Shown here: one piece after another, positions 51,929 through 61,822 of the stretch
Layout: each line of letters opens with the position of its first letter
How positions within the stretch are numbered: position 1 is the stretch's first letter
From: Macrostomum lignano
Taxonomy: Eukaryota
Assembly: GCA_002269645.1 (NCBI GenBank)
Contig: NIVC01000843.1
Location: forward strand, 248,001 to 312,000
DNA: 64,000 nt
Reading direction: 5' to 3'
Program-made: the position numbers and the translations under genes
The notes under the pieces: generated by a model
Told to the model about the DNA's origin: nothing
Seen by the model: only the letters and a program-made list of their open reading frames with translations
The model's database searches: none

Positions 51929-54900
51929 TTATTCAGATTGCTGTTCAATACCATCGGAGATGATCTCCAAGTATTCGGTGGCATCGCTATTGACCCGACT
52001 GCTCTGCGACAACTCCATCATCTGTTCGTCGGGATTAACCGTATCGTAGCAGCACTCGCTCGTTATCTGTCTCTGAAGTGGTGATTGACAAATTCAACAA
52101 GTAGTGGTAGCAACGTTCAATTTTATAGCATACAAAAGATGATCTCGAGAAATTACCGTTGTTTTTGCTTAGAGAGATAATACAGATTTTCTCGATTTTC
52201 AATAAATTACTACTTGCTAGAGTACTAACGCGAGGAACAGTCGGAAGAGATTATTTCAAGACTGTGACCCACGCACAGCTGTGAAAACAAATCGAGTTTT
52301 TCCGATTTGCTCCTAGTTGAATAACTTCTATATATGGTAAGCCATGACCTCAAATGTCCTCGCGTTTAAAAATCTGTTCTGCTCAGAAACTAAACTCCTG
52401 GCCTAACTATCAACTTGGTTAGCTCAACTATCAAGCCAACTCGAAGCAAACACATGCTACGAGTTTCATGTGATTCATGTAGTTTCGTGTGATTTTCGTA
52501 ATATCGAAATATAAGAAAGCGTCCATTGGGCGCTTTAAAAAGTCGAATTTTCGTCTCAGAAAATCATATTTTAAAGAGACAAATTGCACTTTTAACAGTA
52601 GGAATGCCAAGCCATTTTTCCGCCCGTCGAACAACCAAGGTGGGGATTTTCCTTTTTTCATATACGAGTAGAATCCCTCCCTGACAATTTCTTTTGCTGC
52701 GCCAAAACGAAGCAACGCAGGCACACGAAATTCAAGAACACGGGCTAAGTTTTTGTTGCACGTACACCTTATCAAACAAGAACCAATTCTTCAGCCCTCT
52801 GAACCGTCGAGATATTCGACGATTCTGCCAGAAGGTCAGATTTTTCCCATAAGCGCTAGTGTATTCAGTACACCCCTGTGCGCCAATCAGCACTATGCCT
52901 TAGTGCAGCCTTGCCAAGTCTCCAAATTTCATCAGCACGTCGACCACATGCGTCTGCATCAGCTCTGGCTTCGTTGGTTACTGGCTTCTGGACCTACAGC
53001 AGGTGGCACCAGGTGACTATGGACACCCTTGTTGCGAATTTCTCTAGTTTCGCTGATCAAGCCTCAACTGCTGAGCATCCTCGGCGTAGATGTGCATAGC
53101 TTTGATATGAGGATATATTTCAGCGTTGAGAATCGTACTTTCGCAAACAACTATAGAAAGATAGATCAGCACAGGCCAATCATAACTGAGGCTTTTAAGA
53201 AAAGATAAAAAATGAAATGTTGTTATGGTTTCGCTCTTTTACTCAAAATATAAAAAGTCGCTTCACCAATCATCCGCAGACTCACCCGGAAGAGTTCAGA
53301 ACTATTGCTATCCTCATTAACTTCTGCTTCCAGCACCGATATGCTGGGCTGGGTGACATCGGTTGTGGTTGCTGCCACGGCTTTCTGCTGAGGCGCATCG
53401 CAGTTCAAAGCGGCCATTGGATGAGAAGAGACCGCTGGGGGTTCATCTTTGTTGCTTTGAGGCTGGCTGCAGAACTGATGGTTTGTAAAAACAAAAATTA
53501 GCTCAAGGTAATTGTTGCATCAATACCAATCTTGCTCTTTTGCTTGGAGCTTTGTACTATGCAATACTTACCTTCTTGCGAGCAAAGACGAATAAAGCGG
53601 ATGCCAATATTAACAAAATAAAAACAACTGTCAGGACTATTACCAGCGGCCAAGGTTCTAAAATAGTTTTTTTAACCGAAGATTCAAATCGTATTACTTG
53701 ACGCCAATGTCTGTCCAGTATTGCCATTTACTTTTGCTAAAAAAACTTACTATTTTTTGGGCATTCTGTGCCAATAGTTGTTTTAGCTTGATGCCGATTA
53801 GCATCGCAGATTACAGACACATTGGCTGAGCTGCTGCAGTTTGAGCACAGCCACTGGGACCTCAGCAAATTGTCAGCCACGTCGCAGGTTGGATTTTTCA
53901 CGGCTCTAATTGTCAGCTGCTGGCCTTTAGAGTCGAATGCTTTGCACAAGTGCTTGGATGCGTCTGGAGACTCAAAGGTGACTTTGACATCAGCTCTTGG
54001 AGTTGCTGCATTGCAGATGCCCAACTCTGTGGAGATTTTGTATCGACTTTGCGGACCTGAAAGTACGAAGTCATTCTGATTTCTGATTTGTGTGCATCTA
54101 CCAAACTGAAATCCATTTCAAATCAGATCGAAAAATTAAATTTTTTTCATCTTAACTAGAAATATCTCAATGCTTATATGCCAACATGCCTTCTCATATT
54201 AGAGCAAGCATACACAATTTAACTCACCCTCAAAGTCGATGCGATTAAGCCACATGTTCACAAAGTTCATGCACTGATGGTAGCTATTTGTCAGATTCGC
54301 AACGAACTTTCTAAGCAGCAACATGCGGACCTGAAAGTTTACAAAATTTTAGTAGTCACACTTTTAAGTGTCAACACTAATGTTCTAAATATAAAATCTA
54401 TAAATCATTGTAAGTGACCCATCAAATTGCTGGAATGTACTTACTGTTCGGTCGCATTTTACAGTCAAGTGCTCTCCTTTATCTATTTTTGATTTTGTTT
54501 TACCGCAGTAGCTCCAAGCCGACGGGTTCGAATTGAAAACCGAACTGATTTGCCAAGAGCTGCAGTGCTCAGACATGAGCTGGCTGCTCAGGTCCGACTG
54601 TGAGGCAAAGAGCTCAACGTCTGCTGCACGGAACTCTACTGAATATCCTGGTACATCTGAAATTTTTTTGATTCCATTTTTTCATGACATAGTAGACTTG
54701 GTGCCTTCGCAGAATATATATTCGCAAAAATACATAAATTTGGCAGCAGAAACTCCCTCACCTCTACTTTCGACAGTGACAGACCGAATTCTTTCACTTT
54801 GATTCAGCAAAAGGACAAACCAATGGTATCCGTCAACTGCAGAAGAGTTGCGATCTCCGGAGTGAATGAAGTCCCACTGTCCCGTCCTGATTTCTGATCG

Positions 54901-55145
54901 AGTGTAAAAGCACCTTGATGTACTAGTATAAGAGCTCGTATAGTGAGATGACTGCCATGAGCTGGCGATCGCTTTGCGCGTGACTTGGAGTCGGCCTGAA
55001 GCATCAAAATTATTGCTGTTTTTTTTAAATGAAAAATTATCAAAAACATCTCAACTTATTTCTTTAACTTACACAGTCCCGAAGTCGCGGCAATCAGACT
55101 TTCAATTACCGATGCAACAAGCAGAACGCAGGCCAGAAGCTTCAT
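51929..55145 (-). CDS. Receptor gene F, apparently intact: SP - F-type-lectin-like - Ig2-type - TM - ITSM tail
   Basis: Exons 55145-55073 (MKLLACVLLVASVIESLIAATSGL), 54995-54762, 54656-54445, 54330-54228, 54056-53751, 53657-53572 (TM), 53474-53286, 52072-51929 (CCYDTV...SDATEYLEIISDG). Phases are consistent. Confidence 0.85.
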
Positions 55146-56099
55146 GACGCTTCAAATGTACCTGAAAATTTCACCGCGTGAAGCTGCAGGGCGCGCTTGT
55201 TTCAGAGAAATGTGACCATAATAAAGCTTCGTTGGCTGCTTAATCATATTGCTGTGTGGGGGAGGGGGTGCCGGAAGTCCAAATAAAGTCTTTCAACTGC
55301 ATGGTCAGTGTTTGTCCAGCATTAGCAATGCTTTCCAATTTTACAAGCAAATTGGCTGCTTTAAACGTTGAATTTGTAATAATTAAACTGAAGTGAAGAT
55401 GTGCAGAACTTGGATAGGGCAAAATCTTATTGGAACGTTTGAAGCATTTCGACATTAACCCGTCACATGTGAGCCACTGTAGGTGGTGCTAAAGGGGCGT
55501 TGGAAGCATGGTCTTATGTTGCTAAGTTTAAACTCTTCATTTAGTTGGGAGTCTCACAGGAACACACAGGAACTCCTATGTATATCGCCGACACCTACAT
55601 GTGCACAAGTTTATGGCATGTGTTCAAAATTCAAGCATTGCAAACCATCATCATAATACATATATATATATATATAAATCATCATTTATGTCTAAAGCAT
55701 CAATATTTGAAGCTAAATTTAAATGGAAAAGTGTTTTGCTGCTGCCTGGTGATTACGAGCTATAAGTATCAACCTGAATCTATTTTCTCATAGATTCAGA
55801 TTGTTCAGATGTTCGATTCTATTTTAATTGGAAAGTTTTCACAGTTCTGACTTCTAAATGGCTTAGATTTATCAGTATTTACTAGTGAAAAGAAATTCCG
55901 TGTGCATAGCGCAGATCAGCCTGAAACTGTATGTATCTGTGGCAACAGTAACCATTTTGTTGTGCCGAAAAAGGAATGCATCGGCGTAAGCGCGCTGTCA
56001 ATCATTGGCACACGCAGGCAAATGGCAGCAGTTAATGCTAGTAAAGCAATGCTCGATTTTATAGTTGCAATAAAGAAATAAAAAATGAAAAAATAGCAT

Positions 56100-56470
56100 G
56101 ACAACAGTCAGTCGGTGACAAATAACAGTTCCGTATAGGAGGCGGGTAACTGCCACGGCTTACGCTGCCCCCTCTTTCTCTCTCTGCACCGCATGCCCCG
56201 GTGTCGCCCCAGCCTGCGAAGGAGGGCGAAAGTGGCCTGCGCATCCGCCAGGAGGTCGGCTAGGCGTGCCCCGTCGCCTCTAGGGCAGTCGAGCAGTAAA
56301 TGCTGCTCGTTGTCACGATCCCCGCAGTCCGCGGGCACAGATCGGAGTCGGACAGACTCAGTCGGTGGCGGGTGGCGTCGGCCAGGGTGTTGCAGCCGGC
56401 CCTAAACTGACGAAGGAAAACGTTCAGTCTCCTGGGGAGGTCCGGCAGCCGCGGCCAGGGTGCACTGCGG
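56100..56470 (-). mobile_element. 3' end of a non-LTR retrotransposon ORF2 (I/Jockey/Nimb-like C-terminal zinc knuckle), frameshifted
   Basis: Minus-strand LPRRLNVFLRQFRAGCNTLA..RHRLSLSDSDLCP/CGDRDNEQHLLLDCPRG resembles the L.QLRTGH...C..CG..ETVEH.L..CP motif. Confidence 0.7.
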
Positions 56471-57033
56471 CCCTAGAGCTAGAGGTCCAAGTTCCTCCTC
56501 AGGCGGCGTAGGTGCAAGCTAGCTGTAATGAGCGGTATGTCTAGTTCTTCCTGTTCTGCATTAGTCGTCTTCGCCGCCTCATCCGCTCTCTCGTTTAACT
56601 ATATTCTAACTATGTTGACGTCGGCGCTGTTAATCAGACTTCATATATTTGAAACAAGTCTGCTGCCGCTGCTGGGGCCCGCCAAGATGCTCTGGAGGTC
56701 TTGGAACGCCTGCAAAGCGAGCGAGAAATAGCCTGGAGCTCTGCCTGATGATGCGGCCCCAAGCTTGAGTAATGACGACGGCAGCGCTAGTTCCGTTAGT
56801 TGTGGCTACCAGCGACCAATCCGTCTGTCCATGCATTGATTGGGTGTAAGCCGCGTTTCTCCAGGTAGTTCATCGCTGCCGTGCTGCGGAGACCAGGGAT
56901 ATGATTACGGCAGCACTGGAGTGCCAGATTTAGGTCGAAGCTGGCTGTCCTCTGTACCGTTCATGACGGCGCTTAGTCACGTTGGTCCCGCACTTTCTCT
57001 CTCCCTCGCAGGCTCGGTGGTGTTACGGCCCTT

Positions 57034-57034
<1 letters not shown>

Positions 57035-57112
<78 letters not shown>

Positions 57113-57180
57113 TCTCTCCTCTCTCTCTCTCCTCTCCTCTCTCTCCTCTCTCTCTCTCCTCTCCTCTCTCTCCCTCTCTA

Positions 57181-57238
<58 letters not shown>

Positions 57239-57276
57239 TCTCTCCTCTCTCTCTCCTCTCCTCTCTCTCCTCTCTC
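57035..57276. repeat. Patterned (CT)n tract 5' of the Penelope-like ORF1
   Basis: Read directly. Confidence 0.95.
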
Positions 57277-57814
57277 GATCATCTACCACCACGGAGCCAA
57301 GAAGCACTGGAAGCTGAGGTCAAAGCAGAAGCCCACTCTGGTGATCGCTGACCAGAACGTGGAATTCGTGAAGCTGGCCTCGCCAGACCTAGAGGTGCAC
57401 TGCTTCCCGGGCCTCACGCTGGACTACCTGAAGAACATCAGCAAGGTGGAGAATGCGAGTCCCGCCACGGGCCGCGTCATCGTCTGGGCCGGCAACAACG
57501 ACCTCCACCGTGAGAGCTTCGACTTCTCCATCGCCAAGCTCTGGAAGATGAGCCTGACCAACATCAGGAAGGCTTTCCCCGGCGCGTCAATCTGGGTGGT
57601 GCAGACCGTGTGCCCCCCCGATGCGCCGGCGCTCCAGAAGAGTAACTGTCGCAAGACGAACCAGCTCCTGAGCAGCTACCGGTCTGTCAGCCTGATCTCG
57701 CTGGACACCAAGGACCTGGCATTCCGACGGGACCAGATCAGCCTGGAGCGACAGTCTGCTGATGGGGCGTTCGCCGTCGCCCTGGAGACGGCGGGCGACC
57801 TTCCAAAAAACTGA
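57275..57814 (+). CDS. SGNH/GDSL-esterase-like ORF1 of the Penelope-like element (probably catalytically altered; start uncertain)
   Basis: LVIADQN / VHCFPG / VWAGNND / RRDQIS correspond to the IGDS, CFPG, GTND and DxxH blocks. Confidence 0.6.
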   Translation, partial: SIIYHHGAKKHWKLRSKQKPTLVIADQNVEFVKLASPDLEVHCFPGLTLDYLKNISKVENASPATGRVIVWAGNNDLHRESFDFSIAKLWKMSLTNIRKAFPGASIWVVQTVCPPDAPALQKSNCRKTNQLLSSYRSVSLISLDTKDLAFRRDQISLERQSADGAFAVALETAGDLPKN

Positions 57815-57832
57815 GCGGGCCGGGGGCGAGCC

Positions 57833-60050
57833 ATGGGCCCCCAACTGAGGGTGACGAACCTCTCCAGCCGCGCTCTCGCACCGACTGAACTGCAACTGCT
57901 GGAGCGCGGCCAGTCCTTCGTAGTGGCTCCTCGGTGCACCTCGGCGGAGTCTCTGGCGTCCGGCGTCCGCGACTTTGGCGAGCGTCTGGCCGTGTCGGCG
58001 GCTCGCGGCTTCAAGCGCGAACTGACGGTGGACGACGGCCCGCCGCTTCCCCGCCGCCCAACGGCCAGCATCGATCCGAGCCGCCTCCGGCCCGAAATTC
58101 AAGCCGCTCTGGCGGAGCTGGACGACGTCAGGGAGAACATCCGGGACTGCAGGAACGCTCCAAACATCAGCCAGGCGGAGGCAAAGGCACTGCGAGATCT
58201 GCGGGCAGACAAGTCCATCGTCATCAAGCCGGCCGACAAGGGCAGCCAGCTGGTCATCCTGGACCGGCAGGACTATGTCCGTGAATGCCTGCGTCAGCTG
58301 GAAGACCCGCTGTTTTACCGACCTCTGAGCGCACCGATCAGCCGCTTCACAGCCCAGATGATCCGCGGCGTCTTCAGATCGCTGCTGGACCGAAGGATCA
58401 TCGATCGGCGCCAGTTCAACGCCTTCTGCCCGAAGGAGGGGTTCCGCACGCGGTGCTTCTACATCCTGCCGAAGATCCACAAGCCCGTCGAGTCGTGGCC
58501 GCTCGGTGACATTCCTCCGGGCCGGCCCATCGTGTCTGACGTGGACAGCGAATCATATGCCAGCGGCCGCTTCATCGACAGCTTCCTGCAGCCGATCGTC
58601 ATCCAGCTGCCCAGCTTCATCAGGGATACCGATCATTTCCAGGCGGCCATCAGAGACATCACCTGCCCGGCGCGGGGTGAGACCTTTCTGTTCACCATGG
58701 ACGTCGCCAGCCTTTACACCAACATCCCGACCGCGGCCGGACTCGAGTGCGTACAGAGGGCCTTCAGAGAGCACCCGGACGCCCGGCGCCCAGATGCCAG
58801 CCTGCTCAGCCTGCTCAAGCTGAACCTGGAGCGCAACGACTTCGAGTTTGACGGCAGTTACTTTCTGCAGGTGAAAGGCACTGCCATGGGGAAGTCGTTC
58901 GCGCCCAGCTACAGCAATATCTACATGGGCTACTGGGAGCAGAGAGGCCTGGAGACCAGCCCGCAGAAGCCCAGCCTGTGGCTCCGCTACATCGACGACG
59001 TCTTTGGAGTGTGGCGTGGCACAGAGGCGGAGCTGGTCCAGTTCCATCAACACCTGGACGCCCTCGACCCCAACATCCGACTTCAACTGAGCTACAGCAG
59101 CACAGAGGTGAACTTCCTAGACACCACCGTCTTCTGGGACCGCGAAGGCGACAGCAAGATCCTGGCAACCAGGGTGTACTTCAAGCCCACCGACAGCCGA
59201 GTCCTCATCCACCGCGGCTCCTTCCATCCTAAGCGAACTTTCCGGGGCGTGGTAAAGTCCCAGCTCCTCAGGTACGCCCGACGGTGCTCCCGGATGGCCG
59301 ACTTCGACGCAGCGTGCACCGGGCTGATGTCGAATCTGGTGCAGCACCAAGGCTACAGCCGGCGCTTCCTCCGCACCATCAAGTACGACGTGCTGACGGA
59401 GCTCGGCTTCTACCCGACCAGACGGTGGGAGTTCGGCTTCCTGCCGTGCAACTCGGCCCGACTCTGCAAGTGCTGCCAGGCGCACGCCAGGTTCACCTCC
59501 GTCTGCCCCGGATCAGCAGCCACGACAGTCCAGCTCATCATCAGTCAGCGGATCGACTGCAACGCCACGAACGCCGTCTATGCCGTGTTCTGCCGCCGGT
59601 GCCGACCACACGGTCTACGTCGGCGAGACCGCCAACAGCATCCGTGGTCGCATGCTGGCGCACATCGGTGACATCCGGCACACCCGTGACACTCCGGTAG
59701 CGCGCCACTTCACCAGCGGTGGCCACAGTCTGACGGACTTCGCCTTCACCGGCATCTGGACACGCGATGGCACAGGACCCAGAGCTGACGAGCGGCGTCA
59801 GCGCCAGGAGGCCAAGTTTATCGAGGTCCTGAGGACTCATGTTCCACACGGCGCCAACGAACTTGCCGGCATACTGCACAAACCGGCCATCCCGCTGATC
59901 CTGCCCCACTGTGCGACCTCCGACGCCCTGGCTGCCAAAGTGAAGGACAGGGTGATACGCCACTGCGAGACCCCGGTGCTGCCCGCCTACACCAAGGGGA
60001 GAAGCCTCCGGACTCTGCTCTCTCATAGTCGGCTCGATCCTGCCAACTAG
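57833..60050 (+). mobile_element. Penelope-like (Neptune-type) RT + GIY-YIG ORF with one frameshift at ~59600
   Basis: VTNLS, KPADKG, LPKIHK..GRPIVS, MDVASLYTNIP, GTAMG, RYIDD, Cys linker PCNSARLCKCC, and VYAVFCRRC/YVGET...HF in the adjacent frame. Confidence 0.93.
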
Positions 60051-60474
60051 GTCCCTTTTGACGCCTGTGCAAAGGCTCTTTTACTGCTATTTTTCCCCTC
60101 TGTGATTTTTTCATTGACTTTATTTTGATTTATTCAGATTATTTATTCTCTGCTTTTTATTCATTTTTCTGACACTGTGTACGGTGCAACTGCATTTTTT
60201 GCTCTGAGCATTTAATAGTAATTTTTATTTACCTTATCTATTTATTTGCCATTTATTTTACAATTTTTATTCTACACTCAAAGGTCGTCTAGGCCCACTT
60301 GTACAGTTTTAGCCACCCCCCGCTTTTCTCATAGTCTCGGACTCGTTTTAATGTACTGACCATGCGTACTGTTTTAAGTGCTTGAGCACATCAATTTATC
60401 GATCGTCTCTCCCTGGCGATATCGCCTTTATATATTGATGGCAATTCGCGCCAAATAAACTTCACTCACTTACA

Positions 60475-60509
60475 GCCCTGACGAAGAAATTTAATTTCGA
60501 AATATCGGC
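60475..60509 (+). ncRNA. Minimal hammerhead ribozyme in the PLE 3' pseudo-LTR
   Basis: gcc-CUGACGA-a-gaaau(uua)auuuc-GAAA-ua-UC|ggc: core boxes, 5-bp stem II, palindromic AUAU stem III, 3-bp stem I. Confidence 0.75.
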
Positions 60510-60581
60510 AACTTTAATCAACTTGACTTGCTTGTCCTTTTTACATGTACCGCGTCCGTGCCTGAGATTGGAGGCGCCCTC

Positions 60582-60629
60582 CTCTCTCTCTCTCTCTTTC
60601 TCTCACCTCTCTCCTCTCTCTCTCCTCTC

Positions 60630-60662
<33 letters not shown>

Positions 60663-60663
60663 T

Positions 60664-60724
<61 letters not shown>

Positions 60725-61290
60725 TCTCTCCTCTCTCTCTCCTCTCCTCTCTCTCCTCTCTCTCTCCTCTCCTCGCTCTCCCCTCTCTATCTCTCTCTCT
60801 CTCTCTCTCTCTCACCTCTCTCCTCTCTCTCTCTCCTCTCCTCTCTCTTCTCTCGCTCCTCTCTCTCCTCTCTCTCCTCTCTCTCCTCTCTCTTCTCTCG
60901 CTCCTCTCTCTCCTCTCTCTCCTCTCGCTCCTCTCTCTCCTCTCTCTCCTCTCTCTCCTCTCTCTTCTCTCGCTCCTCTCTCTCCTCTCTCTCTCTCTCT
61001 CTCCTCTCTCTTCTCTCGCTCCTCTCTCTCCTCTCTCTCCCCTCTCTCCTCTCTTTCATTTCTCTCTCCTCTCTCTCCTCTCTCTCCTCTCGCTCCTCTC
61101 TCTCCTCTCTCTCCTCTCTCTTCTCTCGCTCCTCTCGCTCCTCTCTCTCCTCTCTCTCCTCTCTCTTCTCTCGCTCCTCTCTCTTCTCTCGCTCCTCTCT
61201 CTCCTCTCTCTCCTCTCTCTCCTCTCTCTCAACTCTTCCCTCTCTCTCCCCTCTCTCACACTTCTCTCTCTCCTTTCTCTCTGTCTTCTT
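60582..61290. repeat. Long patterned (CT)n tract 3' of the PLE
   Basis: Read directly. Confidence 0.95.
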
Positions 61291-61672
61291 TTTAATTAGC
61301 TGCGTTGCTTATCGTGTAAATTGATAGCTCATTTAATTACAGATCTAATTTCTGTCGCCGTCTACTACCAAATATAGGGGCTGGCAGCTGGCGGCTGACA
61401 GGTAAATACGAGTGTATTAGTTATCTTTGTTAACCGATACTGACCCTACTTTCAAAAGTAACCATGTGTATGAGTTTTAAGCACATAAAAATAACGAGAC
61501 AAGTACAACCGATCAGTCTATGCTGGTGTGTTGCTCTGGCGGGAGTTGAAGGTGCATCGAAAGAGTTCTGGTTTGTTATAGTTTACTCGTATATTATTTT
61601 AGGCGATATGTGAAGAAGAGAAAAAATAAATACAAGAAGCCAGTTGATAAACATTTTCAACGTATCGCGAGA

Positions 61673-61791
61673 TTAAATCGCGTGTGTAAGCTTATTTTTT
61701 CGGTACCAATATGAAACCTCAGGGCAGTTGGTGTTTGTCTGTCTGTCTGTGTGTCTGTCTGTCTGTGTGTCTGTCTGTCTGTCTGTCTGGC

Positions 61792-61822
<31 letters not shown>

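Noticed and set aside
56405-56430. Second hammerhead (ctgacgaaggaaaacg)
   Set aside because: No stem II; the sequence is part of the minus-strand LINE coding fragment.
56840-57317. Poly-SL / poly-ER proteins (also 60523-61299)
   Set aside because: Translations of (CT)n tracts.
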